DNA of 64,000 bases from Sulfurovum sp. (GTDB lineage: Bacteria; Campylobacterota; Campylobacteria; Campylobacterales; Sulfurovaceae), in NCBI GenBank assembly GCA_021647715.1, contig JAKIUE010000001.1:11285-75284 (forward strand), written 5' to 3'. This document shows positions 52,330 through 61,480 of the stretch, piece after piece. Made by a program: the position numbers and the translations under genes. How positions within the stretch are numbered: position 1 is the first letter of the stretch; every line of letters begins with the position of its first letter. The notes under the pieces were generated by a model that saw nothing but the letters and a program-made list of their open reading frames with translations, was not told the DNA's origin and made no database searches.

Positions 52330-53697
52330 TTATGCGAACATTTCTCTCATTACGCCGCCAAACCACTCTCTAGTAGCTTTAGCTGTACCTGCAGATCTAA
52401 ATTTACCTTTTCCATCTTTTGGTTTAGGCACATTTCCTGCACCTTTAAGTACACCAGATTTATCTGCTGTAAATGTATGTGTTACCATAATAGCTTCTTC
52501 AGGTTTACCACCTACCATTGAGAAACATACGTTTGCTGCTTTCGCTGGAAGACCTTCTTTAGTATCTTTTACCTTACCATTAAGTTGAGCGACTATTTGA
52601 CCTGTTGCTCTATGAGCTCCCCAGATAGCTGTTTGTCCTGATGGTGGGATTTTATGTGTCACAGCATCACCAATAACATATACATTTTTATCTGATTTAG
52701 ATCTAAAGCTGTATCCGTCCATCATAGCGTACCCTGCACCGTTGTGCTCAATGTCAGCCATTGCAATTACAGGTGAACATTTATTATTAGGAATCAAGTT
52801 ACATACTTCATATTTTTCAGTTTTAACTGTACCTTTTTCATCATCTACATCTTTAAACTCTGTAAATGTAATAGTCTTTGCAACTGGATCTATATCTGTT
52901 ACTTCTGTAAGACCTTTATACTCAATAAAGTCTGCAAATAAATCTTTCCAAGACTCTTTAAATGCTGCGGCTTTAGCAAATTTACCACCACGTGTATCAA
53001 GAACAATAACTTTCCCTTTGATACCTTCATTTTTAAGATAGTTAGCAATCATAGCTGTTCTCTCATATGGTGCTGGAGGACATCTAAATTTACCTTTTGC
53101 TGGTGGTACAATATATACGTTACCATCATCCATATTTTCAAGTTGTCTTTTAAGTGCTATGTGCTCATTACCTGGCATAAGTGCTGCTGGACACGCTTGT
53201 GTTACATGAGCAATTTTCGTAGCATCCCATTTTGGAAATTGTTTTTCATAGTCATACGCAATACCTGGAGAAAGTACAAGAATATCATATGCAATATCTC
53301 CAGCAGTTGAAGTAGTGACTGTTTTTGCTTTTCTATCTATAGACATTACTTCTGAGTTTACAAAAGTATAGCCATGCTTCATTGCTGGTTGACCATAATC
53401 ACCTACGAACATGCTAAGACTCATGTTATCAAGTCCACCAAGTAATCCATTTGATAATGGACAAGCCATGTGCATAGATCTTTTTTCGATGAGTGTAACT
53501 TCGATGCTCTTGTCACTTTTTCTAAGTGCTTTTGCCATTGTAAGTCCACCAAAACCCGCACCTATAATTACTACTGATTTGCCAGTTGCTTTTTTTGCTG
53601 CTACCTTCTTTTCGCTAGCTGTTGCCATTGTTGGGATTACTGCCGCTGCTGCTGCAACACCTGCAAGTTTAAATGTATCTCTTCTGTCCATTGCCAT
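52330..53697 (-). CDS. soxF: Flavocytochrome c sulfide dehydrogenase flavoprotein (SoxF/FccB)
   Basis: Tat signal RRDTFK, IIGAGFGG, ACPLSNG, FRCPPAPYER, VIGDA and NVCFS. Confidence 0.85.
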   Translation of the reverse strand: MAMDRRDTFKLAGVAAAAAVIPTMATASEKKVAAKKATGKSVVIIGAGFGGLTMAKALRKSDKSIEVTLIEKRSMHMACPLSNGLLGGLDNMSLSMFVGDYGQPAMKHGYTFVNSEVMSIDRKAKTVTTSTAGDIAYDILVLSPGIAYDYEKQFPKWDATKIAHVTQACPAALMPGNEHIALKRQLENMDDGNVYIVPPAKGKFRCPPAPYERTAMIANYLKNEGIKGKVIVLDTRGGKFAKAAAFKESWKDLFADFIEYKGLTEVTDIDPVAKTITFTEFKDVDDEKGTVKTEKYEVCNLIPNNKCSPVIAMADIEHNGAGYAMMDGYSFRSKSDKNVYVIGDAVTHKIPPSGQTAIWGAHRATGQIVAQLNGKVKDTKEGLPAKAANVCFSMVGGKPEEAIMVTHTFTADKSGVLKGAGNVPKPKDGKGKFRSAGTAKATREWFGGVMREMFA

Positions 53698-53732
53698 ATT
53701 GTCTCCTATTTTTTAAAGTATTGTTTATCTCT

Positions 53733-53770
53733 TTATATTACATAAAGTAATTATATTATGTCATAAAGTA
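53733..53770 (-). promoter_or_regulatory. Direct repeat upstream of soxF (possible regulator site)
   Basis: CATAAAGTA occurs at 53741 and 53762 (21 bp apart), each preceded by TTATATTA. Confidence 0.3.
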
Positions 53771-53911
53771 CAGAAATATGCAACCAATTTAAAGAAATAT
53801 ATCAATTATTTTGTACTTGTAACAAAATATCACAGTAACTATAAAAGGAGTTTTTTTGAAGTTATAAGAGTTATAATGTATAGTAAACTTACTATACATT
53901 ATATATAATTT

Positions 53912-54640
53912 TTATGCTTGTATTAGCTCTGCTGAATAGTTTTTAAGGGTTACCACTTTAGCTTCTGTTGCTATAAGCTTTTTAGCGCCACGTCTTCCAA
54001 ATTCTGCTTTATGTTCAGTCTTGAAAGCATCAAAAAACTCTTGAAACTTATTTGGTCCGAGTACTGCTACTGCCCAAATATTATCATCTTTGTCTATTTC
54101 TAGTACAATAGATGCTAAGCCTTGATTTGCTGGTCCACCAACTACCTTACCACCTTGCTTTGGATCATACGCAGCAAGGTGAGAAGAACAGACGAATACA
54201 CCTGGTTTCTCATAAGCAAGTGTTTTACCTGTTGTTGGTACATACTGAAACATACTCATCGCTTTTTGAGGATGTGTAAGTTGATGTGCACAAATAGCTG
54301 AAAAAGCTACAATAGTACCTTTTGAACCTGATCCACTTGTATAAATATATTCTGTTCCATCTTCTGCTTTTAATTTAACTTCTTTCTGCGTAGGTTCAGG
54401 AAGATCAACTAAAATAGCAGGTGTTGCTGCATGTGGATACATAAAAACATAATTTTCTTCTTTAACAAGCTTACTCGCTTTAAGAGGATTACCCTCTGCA
54501 TCTTTAAGTTGTACTTTTTCATACGCCTTAAATAATGCTTTGCCATCTTCTGATTTAAGTGTTTCTGCTATAAGTGATGGTGAAACTGCTACCGCTGCTG
54601 CCGTTGACGCTGAAATCTTTAAAAAACTTCGTCTTTTCAT
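53912..54640 (-). CDS. Tat-exported atypical Rieske [2Fe-2S] protein
   Basis: Tat signal MKRRSFLK, box I AICAHQ and box II VCSSH. Confidence 0.8.
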   Translation of the reverse strand: MKRRSFLKISASTAAAVAVSPSLIAETLKSEDGKALFKAYEKVQLKDAEGNPLKASKLVKEENYVFMYPHAATPAILVDLPEPTQKEVKLKAEDGTEYIYTSGSGSKGTIVAFSAICAHQLTHPQKAMSMFQYVPTTGKTLAYEKPGVFVCSSHLAAYDPKQGGKVVGGPANQGLASIVLEIDKDDNIWAVAVLGPNKFQEFFDAFKTEHKAEFGRRGAKKLIATEAKVVTLKNYSAELIQA

Positions 54641-54894
54641 AATATAATCCTTTTTTAATAGTTAACCTAACCAAATAATACAATATTACTGATTAATTTT
54701 AACTAGTTATGTCAAATAAATATGTGATAATCATTTAATGTGCGACTAAGTGCTCTTATTGTAACATACTGCTTCCAAAAATTCTTGCTCATTATTGGAC
54801 AAAAATTATTATAGCCTTCATAAGGAGGTTCACACGACTAGTCGTTCTTATAATAATATTTGCATATATGGGCTATAAAACCAAAAGGAACCCT

Positions 54895-55338
54895 ATGAAT
54901 TCTTATGAAACACTGTTTGTAGTAAAACCTACGCTTACAGAAGAAGAGATAGCCGCAGCTATCACTAAAGTAAAAGATATACTCTCCAAAGAAGGTGCTG
55001 AACTTGTTGGCACAAATGATATGGGTATGCGAAAACTTGCATACCCAGTACAAAAACATGACAGAGGTTACTACACAGTTCTTTTTTATAAAGCTGAAGG
55101 TACTATCATTACTGAACTAGAAAGAAACCTTAAAATTTCTGAAGATGTGATTAAATTTTTATCTATTAAATATTCAAACACAAAAGAGATGGCACAGTTC
55201 AATAAACTTGTTACTGCTACAAATAAACCTGAAGCAGTCAAAGCTACAGCAGTAGAAACTGAACCTGAAAAAGTTACAGAAACGGAAGCAACTCCAGAAA
55301 CTGAAACTACACCAGAAGCTGAACCAACAAAAGCGTAA
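54895..55338 (+). CDS. rpsF: 30S ribosomal protein S6 with an acidic/Thr-rich C-terminal tail
   Basis: YETLFVVKP, MGMRKLAYPV, RGYY and LERNLKISEDVIKF. Confidence 0.96.
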   Translation: MNSYETLFVVKPTLTEEEIAAAITKVKDILSKEGAELVGTNDMGMRKLAYPVQKHDRGYYTVLFYKAEGTIITELERNLKISEDVIKFLSIKYSNTKEMAQFNKLVTATNKPEAVKATAVETEPEKVTETEATPETETTPEAEPTKA

Positions 55339-55360
55339 TTAAAAGTATAGGAGCAACCTT

Positions 55361-55864
55361 ATGTATAATAAAATTATTTTAGCAGGAAACCTCACTAGAG
55401 ATATTGAAGTAAGATACACTCAAAGTGGTGCAGCTATTGGTAATACTGCCATAGCAACTACAAGAAAATTCAAATCTCAAACAGGTGAACAAAAAGAAGA
55501 GGTCTTATTTGTAGACATTACTTTCTTTGGAAGAACTGCCGAAATAGCAAACCAGTACTTACGTAAAGGTAGCAAAATTCTAGTAGATGGCAGACTAAAG
55601 CTTGACCAGTGGACAGCACAAGATGGCAGCAAACGTTCTAAGCACTCAGTAACCGTTGAGAGCATGACGATGCTAGGTAGTAAAGGTGACAATGAAGGTG
55701 GTGGATACAATGCTGCTCCTTCTGGAGATACCTATGCACAACCAGCACCGCAAGAAAACTACGGAGTACCTAGTCAAAATGCACCAAAAGCTGTACCACA
55801 ACAACAAGAACAGGCGTCTAACATCCCAGAAATCGACATCAATGAAGATGAAATACCGTTTTAG
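55361..55864 (+). CDS. ssb: Single-stranded DNA-binding protein
   Basis: NKIILAGNLTRD, YLRKGS..VDGRL and the acidic tip DEIPF. Confidence 0.97.
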   Translation: MYNKIILAGNLTRDIEVRYTQSGAAIGNTAIATTRKFKSQTGEQKEEVLFVDITFFGRTAEIANQYLRKGSKILVDGRLKLDQWTAQDGSKRSKHSVTVESMTMLGSKGDNEGGGYNAAPSGDTYAQPAPQENYGVPSQNAPKAVPQQQEQASNIPEIDINEDEIPF

Positions 55865-55873
55865 GAGAACACC

Positions 55874-56137
55874 ATGGCAGAAAGAAGAAAGTTTAAAAAG
55901 AGATTTTGTAAATATTGTGAGCAAAAAGTTGAGTTTATCGACTATAAAGACTTAGCAGGTCTTAAATTTTCACTCAGTGAAAGATTTAAAATCATGCCTA
56001 GAAGACTTACAGGTAACTGTAAACGTCACCAAGAGCTTGTAACTGTAGCTATCAAAAGAGCTAGACAAACAGCATTGATTCCGTACATCGTAGATAGAAA
56101 AAATGTTGTAGAAAACCCATTTGAAAATGTAAGATAG
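55874..56137 (+). CDS. rpsR: 30S ribosomal protein S18
   Basis: [16 protein letters not shown] and AIKRAR. Confidence 0.97.
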   Translation: MAERRKFKKRFCKYCEQKVEFIDYKDLAGLKFSLSERFKIMPRRLTGNCKRHQELVTVAIKRARQTALIPYIVDRKNVVENPFENVR

Positions 56138-56161
56138 TCTAAAACTATTTTAACATACTAG

Positions 56162-56182
56162 GGGTCGATATAAATTGACCTC
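56162..56182. terminator. Hairpin downstream of rpsR
   Basis: GGGTCGAT-ATAA-ATTGACCT; imperfect stem with G-T pairs. Confidence 0.45.
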
Positions 56183-56271
56183 TACACTTTCGTGAAAACC
56201 ACAAACACCTTATCCGCTTCACCCAAATCATATAAATTCACATCATCGCTAGCTAATAACTCAAATCTAGA
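56181..56271 (-). pseudogene. Remnant second copy of the methyltransferase 3' end (att-like direct repeat, left copy)
   Basis: 56181-56247 is identical over 67 bp to 57379-57445. The next 24 bp encode a diverged version (SRFELLAS versus SGLELVAN). Confidence 0.9.
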
Positions 56272-56401
56272 GTATTACACTTAAAGCTACAGCTTAGCAG
56301 AAATTGGCACTTGTTACTTTGGAGTTACAAGATGACTTAGGATTACGTTCATCTGACTCCTATGCCTTTTATTTTCATCATATTTCTATACTATAAATTG
56401 T

Positions 56402-56590
56402 CTATTTTCTCAGCAACTCGTCCCAAATTATATATGCACCATATAAAATAAAAGCTGATAGTATCAAAGATAATGTAAAATTAATTTCTATTTTTGATAC
56501 TCCAAAATAAATAGGTAGTGTTTGTGTAAATAGTATGCGGATACTACCGTATATTAATACTGCAATTATTAAATACCACATAATTCTCAT
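56402..56590 (-). CDS. Small two-TM hypothetical protein inside the repeat-flanked cassette
   Basis: 62 aa ORF with two hydrophobic segments; AAAGGAA upstream. Confidence 0.55.
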   Translation of the reverse strand: MRIMWYLIIAVLIYGSIRILFTQTLPIYFGVSKIEINFTLSLILSAFILYGAYIIWDELLRK

Positions 56591-56719
56591 AATTGATGAG
56601 TTCCTTTATCAAAAATCTTTCTTATTAAGTTTGTCATATCTTTTAAGATATCTATTGCTTTTTCAAATTTAATCGTATTTTCAAAAGAAAACAAAAGTAG
56701 CATTATCATCACCCTACTC

Positions 56720-57319
56720 TTACTTCCCTACTTCTATTTTTATTCTATCTCTAACTTTTTTAATATCATCATGATTAAATGCTCCATGATCTAAAATTGC
56801 ATCAGCAATAGATTTTAAAAAATCTTCGTATGAATCAGCCCAAACTCCCAATGTATCAAATTCTTGATAAAGATATAGTACCTGCCCATATTTCTCACCA
56901 ATATTTTCACGTAAATCTAATAAAGCCAACTCATCACAATTCCATGAATAAATCGGTATCCAAGCATTATCCCAAACAATGTCTTTAGGAAGAATTTTAG
57001 TGTCAATATGCTTATACGCAAATCCATCAAACATATATTCTTTAAAATCTTGATGTGATGTTTGAATTTCATCAATAGTATAAAGTGTACCTCCTCCCCC
57101 TATCATAAAACATGAGCTCTTAATAACATTTGTTGGTTCAAGAGGATATGCATTACATCTTTTAAGTCTCTCTTTAAAGTCACTTGGAAGTTTAATTTGC
57201 AAATATTCTTCAAGCTCTAAAATCTCTTTTTCTGTTGCATTATTACATCCAACAAAATTTGTCTCAAAAGTTTTCCAATACTTAAATAAAGTATCCCATA
57301 TAATCTCAATTTTACTCAT
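56720..57319 (-). CDS. SMI1/KNR4 (SUKH) family protein
   Basis: GCNNATEKEILELEEYLQIKLPSDF, WIPI, LLDL...GQVL and WADSYEDFL. AAGGAG RBS. Confidence 0.88.
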   Translation of the reverse strand: MSKIEIIWDTLFKYWKTFETNFVGCNNATEKEILELEEYLQIKLPSDFKERLKRCNAYPLEPTNVIKSSCFMIGGGGTLYTIDEIQTSHQDFKEYMFDGFAYKHIDTKILPKDIVWDNAWIPIYSWNCDELALLDLRENIGEKYGQVLYLYQEFDTLGVWADSYEDFLKSIADAILDHGAFNHDDIKKVRDRIKIEVGK

Positions 57320-57378
57320 TAAAACTCCTTTATATAGTAGACTATTCCATTGTCCTGATTTTCTCTATTGAATTAACT

Positions 57379-57445
57379 TCTACACTTTCGTGAAAACCAC
57401 AAACACCTTATCCGCTTCACCCAAATCATATAAATTCACATCATC
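57379..57445 (-). repeat. Right copy of the 67 bp direct repeat (3' end of the intact methyltransferase)
   Basis: Exact match to 56181-56247. Confidence 0.92.
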
Positions 57446-58084
57446 ATTTGCTACCAGTTCTAACCCAGACAGTTTTACCAACGCTTCTACACTATGATAG
57501 TATTGTCTAATCGTCTCTTGAGACTTTTTAAAACAACCTGCTTCTTTCTCAAAGAGTGTAAACTCAGATATATATTCACCATTTTCAAAATCGCTATCTA
57601 CGGTGAGAAATCTATCTTCATCATCTACGATGAAAGAGCCTACTGCTACATTTTCAAACCCATATAATGTGTTGATGTCACAGAGGAATAAGCCTCCATC
57701 ATTTAAATGCTCATACACACAAGCTAAAAATTGCTGAAGAGCCTCCTTAGTGAGATAATTTAGCATATCAAAAACAGCTGTAATCACATCATATTTCTCT
57801 TCTAAGTCACAAAGGTCTACAGAGGTAGCATCTATACCTTTTGACGCTGTTTTAGAGACCATCAGAGGGCTTAAATCGATACCTTTTACTTCTGGTATAT
57901 CTAAAGCTTGTTGCATTTGGAACAAAAAGTCTCCAGAGCCACAACCTACATCGAGTAAGCTATCAAACGCTATAGGACTTAAAAAAAGGAGGTAATGGGC
58001 ATAGAGACTAGGTGCAGCCTCTTTTACCCCAAGTAGATCCTCTACTTTTGCATACAGATCAAGAGAGTCGTGAGTGTTAGGCAT
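57380..58084 (-). CDS. Class I SAM-dependent methyltransferase
   Basis: LLDVGCGSG, DLSP.M, FDMLNY and GGLFLCD. Confidence 0.9.
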   Translation of the reverse strand: MPNTHDSLDLYAKVEDLLGVKEAAPSLYAHYLLFLSPIAFDSLLDVGCGSGDFLFQMQQALDIPEVKGIDLSPLMVSKTASKGIDATSVDLCDLEEKYDVITAVFDMLNYLTKEALQQFLACVYEHLNDGGLFLCDINTLYGFENVAVGSFIVDDEDRFLTVDSDFENGEYISEFTLFEKEAGCFKKSQETIRQYYHSVEALVKLSGLELVANDDVNLYDLGEADKVFVVFTKV

Positions 58085-58697
58085 TTCTTTCTACGACTGC
58101 TTTTATTTTTTCATACAAAGAGAGTATCTCTTCTTTTTTTGCATAAAAACTATTTTTATTAGAGATGAGATGTGCCGAAGAGTCCATAATGTCTTCTGCT
58201 ACTTTGAGTCCATTCTCTTTCATGGTAGCACCCGTCTCTACAATGTCCACTATCGCATCAGCAAGCCCTACTAATGGAGCCAACTCAATAGAACCATAAA
58301 GCTTCACTACTTCAACCCCTACAGCCTTTTTAGCAAAGTATGCCTTAGTAATATTTACCATCTTTGTGGCTACCTTGATGTTAGGACGTGACCAATCAAG
58401 TTCATCTTCATTTTTAATACCAATAGCTACTTTACATTTACCAAGCTGCATATCAAGAAGCTGGATGATGTCTAGCTCTTTTTCGGTGATGACATCTAAG
58501 CCTACTACACCGATATCTGCTGCACCATGCTCTACATAAGTAGGTACATCTTGGTTACGTACATTAAGAAAACGAAATCCCTCTTTTTCCATAATAAGTT
58601 CACGCCCTTCGAACTTAAACTCTCCACCGAAAATCTCTGCAAAAATTTCTAATGTCTGCTCTGATATTCTTCCTTTTGGAAGTGCTACTGTTAACAT
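58077..58697 (-). CDS. hisG: ATP phosphoribosyltransferase (short form)
   Basis: LTVALPKGR, DVPTYVEHGAADIGVVG and GSIELAPLVGLADAIVDIVETG. Confidence 0.96.
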   Translation of the reverse strand: MLTVALPKGRISEQTLEIFAEIFGGEFKFEGRELIMEKEGFRFLNVRNQDVPTYVEHGAADIGVVGLDVITEKELDIIQLLDMQLGKCKVAIGIKNEDELDWSRPNIKVATKMVNITKAYFAKKAVGVEVVKLYGSIELAPLVGLADAIVDIVETGATMKENGLKVAEDIMDSSAHLISNKNSFYAKKEEILSLYEKIKAVVERNA

Positions 58698-58698
58698 A

Positions 58699-59325
58699 TT
58701 ATTCCTTAATCACTTTTATCATTCCTTGAAAGACAAGAGTTTCATCATAAAGTGCACCATCAAAAAATGTGGATAAAAACGCACCATCCCCACCTGTAAA
58801 GTAAAGTTGTTTTGTATCACTATGTTTTTCTATAAGTGCTTTAATAGACGCGATTATACCATAGCTTATCTGCTCTTTTGTTGTAAAAGGAAGTCCATCT
58901 AAATCTATTGATTTGTCTAAATAAGTGTCTAATGCGGGAGATATTTTTTTATACATTTGTATATATCCTTTTAGACCTGGCAAGATAAACCCTCCTTTAT
59001 ATTCTCCTTTTTCTACAACGTCGACAGTAATCGCAGACCCTGCATCTATAAAAATACCACTTGTATGGCTTAGGCAAAGTGCTTTTCTATCTACACCCAT
59101 CGTCTCATAATAGCCCTCTAGTCTCAAAGAAGAAGATATATTTTTCCATATTTTTAACTGAGAAATGTTATGGGAGAGTTGCTCTTTCACGGAAATATAA
59201 TATAAAGAAATATCTTTATATTTTTCTATTGCCTCAGCATGTGAAATATGCTCTACTTTCTTTCCATCATATATATGAACATACGTGTTACCAATATCAG
59301 CTAATATTAAATTACCCTTCATCAT
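58699..59325 (-). CDS. coaX: Type III pantothenate kinase
   Basis: LADIGNT, GVDR, IDAGSAITVD, GGFILPG and TGGDG. Start set at ATG 59325. Confidence 0.92.
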   Translation of the reverse strand: MMKGNLILADIGNTYVHIYDGKKVEHISHAEAIEKYKDISLYYISVKEQLSHNISQLKIWKNISSSLRLEGYYETMGVDRKALCLSHTSGIFIDAGSAITVDVVEKGEYKGGFILPGLKGYIQMYKKISPALDTYLDKSIDLDGLPFTTKEQISYGIIASIKALIEKHSDTKQLYFTGGDGAFLSTFFDGALYDETLVFQGMIKVIKE

Positions 59326-59641
59326 ATACTTTCCATCCATTCTCTTCAAGCAATAACTTTGCCTTTGAACACAAAGGTGCCTTAATAATGATATACTTTT
59401 TTTTGATGACAGTATCAATATATTTTTCTAACTTTTCATGCAATAACATAAGTTCTGTAACTTCCTTACGTAGTACCCTACTTTTTTTTTCAACCTGCAT
59501 CACATCAACATAATATCCTTTTAAATCTACACCTAAATAAATATCTACTTTTTTACGTGAGCCTAACTCTTTTGGTGTTATACTTTTTAATGATTTAAAA
59601 ATAATGTGTTTTTGTTGTAAATACTCTACTAAATTTTTCAT
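59312..59641 (-). CDS. Conserved hypothetical protein
   Basis: 109 aa ORF within the operon, overlapping the coaX start. Confidence 0.7.
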   Translation of the reverse strand: MKNLVEYLQQKHIIFKSLKSITPKELGSRKKVDIYLGVDLKGYYVDVMQVEKKSRVLRKEVTELMLLHEKLEKYIDTVIKKKYIIIKAPLCSKAKLLLEENGWKVYDEG

Positions 59642-59658
59642 TGCTTATCATACCTAAA

Positions 59659-60480
59659 TCAACGTAAAGGGTGAAACTGATTCATAGTATCAGCCAAGTT
59701 TTGTTTTTGTATATGTGTATAGATTTGTGTTGTCTCTAAAGAACTATGTCCCAGCAACTCTTGAACCACTCGTAAATCAGCTCCACCGATAATAAGCGAA
59801 GAAGCAAAAGAATGTCTCAATACATGGGGAGAAACACCCAAATACTTCTTTACAATTTTATATGCAGAAATACGAGAAAGTGGTTCTCCTCTATAGTTTA
59901 GCCACAAATAAGGACTGGACATTGTTTGCTCCAACAAATAGCGTTCAAGCGCTTGCGTAGCCACAGGTGCCAAGGGTACTACCCTCTCTTTCTCCCCTTT
60001 AGCAAAACGTATTTTAAGCCATCCTTCTACAATATCAGCACGCTGCACATTTAAAGCTTCACTTATACGGCAACCACTCGCATATAAGAAAAGTATGAGT
60101 GCATAGTCACGTAAGCCCATAAGTGTACTTCTATCTATCAGATTAATACCATCGAGTATCTCTTCATTATTTACATATTTTGGAAGGTTTTTAGGCACTT
60201 TTGCCATAGGTATTTTAATCTTTTCATGGGAAAAACTTTGCACATGACAAAAATTAAAAAAAACATTGATAGATGAAAGTTTTCGGTTGAGTGTTCTCTT
60301 ATTTTCAAAGGTTGCCAGAAATGCTAAAATATCTGTTGTATTTAGTTTTGTAAGAATTTTATTTGAATGATTCTCAAGTTGTTGTAAATCAGAAAGATAA
60401 GAAGATATAGTAAGAGTATCTAGTGCTTTTGTAACACTTAGATATTCTTCAAAAGCAACTAATAAATTACTCTTACTCAT
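59659..60480 (-). CDS. xerD: XerD-like tyrosine recombinase
   Basis: LYASGCRISE, KGEKERVVP and PHVLRHSFA...GADLRVVQELLGHSSLETTQIY. Sits within a housekeeping operon. Confidence 0.75.
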   Translation of the reverse strand: MSKSNLLVAFEEYLSVTKALDTLTISSYLSDLQQLENHSNKILTKLNTTDILAFLATFENKRTLNRKLSSINVFFNFCHVQSFSHEKIKIPMAKVPKNLPKYVNNEEILDGINLIDRSTLMGLRDYALILFLYASGCRISEALNVQRADIVEGWLKIRFAKGEKERVVPLAPVATQALERYLLEQTMSSPYLWLNYRGEPLSRISAYKIVKKYLGVSPHVLRHSFASSLIIGGADLRVVQELLGHSSLETTQIYTHIQKQNLADTMNQFHPLR

Positions 60481-61480
60481 AACCTAATTTTGACAAATCA
60501 ATCACTTTTCCATCTTTATAAAGTTTTGAACCAGTCACAAATGATGGAGTCACAACTTCACCTATGTCATATATTTTAAATTTACTTAGATTTGATGACA
60601 ATACAATAAGAGAACCTTTTTGATCTAACGCATACACTTTATTACTATACGTTGTTGCAGCAGAAAAATGTGCGAACTTAAATTTCTTCTCAACTTGCAC
60701 ATGAAGGTTATGGCTCAATCGCATAATTTTACCTTCTTTTGTAAAGAGATAAATATGACGATTGGTACTTGCAACTTCAGATATATTAGCATGATATTCA
60801 TGTTGTCCACTATTTCCTAAAGTCATAACCTTTTTTGGTGTTGCTGCTATTAATGTATTACCTACACGGGACAAATAAATAATATTATTAAAAGATTCAT
60901 AACTACTCAGATAGACCACTTTTGCATTATCCGTATTATACATATCAACAATAATTAATTTCCCATCCAACATTGGCATAACTGCCAAATTATCAATAAA
61001 AATAGGACTTGGTACCCTTGTATCTATGGCATATGTCACTTCAGAAGGACTCTCAATTAACTTTTTCTTTCTTGCAATATTATAAAGACCAAAGGTATTA
61101 TTGTTTAGCACATATGCAATAATGCCATTTTTTATACTAGCAGCAACAACAGGAAAATCTAAAGAAAGTTCATGAACAGGTTTTCTATACTTTTTACTTA
61201 TTACTTTTAAAATACCTTTTACATTCGTAACTAAAATATATTTATTTGTTTCGCTTAAGAATCTATACCCTTTGCCTAAATGTATTTTATTTATACCCGA
61301 TTTAGCAATATGCTTTCCACTTTTCAGTGTTCCACCATCACGACTTACACTAACGATGCTACCCCCATATGAATGTGCAGGTGCATTATATGCTTTCTTT
61401 GGTTCAAAGTATTGTTTACCACTACAAGCTGTGAAAATAAATACTGTTACAACAGAGAGAACAAAAGTGATAGATTTCAT
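60473..61480 (-). CDS. Lipoprotein, probable beta-propeller (BamB-like position)
   Basis: Lipobox FTA-C and a beta-rich body; follows a YfgM-like gene. Confidence 0.65.
   Translation of the reverse strand: MKSITFVLSVVTVFIFTACSGKQYFEPKKAYNAPAHSYGGSIVSVSRDGGTLKSGKHIAKSGINKIHLGKGYRFLSETNKYILVTNVKGILKVISKKYRKPVHELSLDFPVVAASIKNGIIAYVLNNNTFGLYNIARKKKLIESPSEVTYAIDTRVPSPIFIDNLAVMPMLDGKLIIVDMYNTDNAKVVYLSSYESFNNIIYLSRVGNTLIAATPKKVMTLGNSGQHEYHANISEVASTNRHIYLFTKEGKIMRLSHNLHVQVEKKFKFAHFSAATTYSNKVYALDQKGSLIVLSSNLSKFKIYDIGEVVTPSFVTGSKLYKDGKVIDLSKLGYE

Noticed and set aside
55240-55338. Glu/Thr/Pro-rich tail of RpsF as a novel domain
   Set aside because: Low-complexity acidic S6 tails are common and variable.
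59659-60480. Tyrosine recombinase as the integrase of a genomic island
   Set aside because: It is XerD-like in size and motifs, is embedded in a housekeeping operon and lies outside the 67 bp repeats. Action in trans is not excluded but is unsupported.
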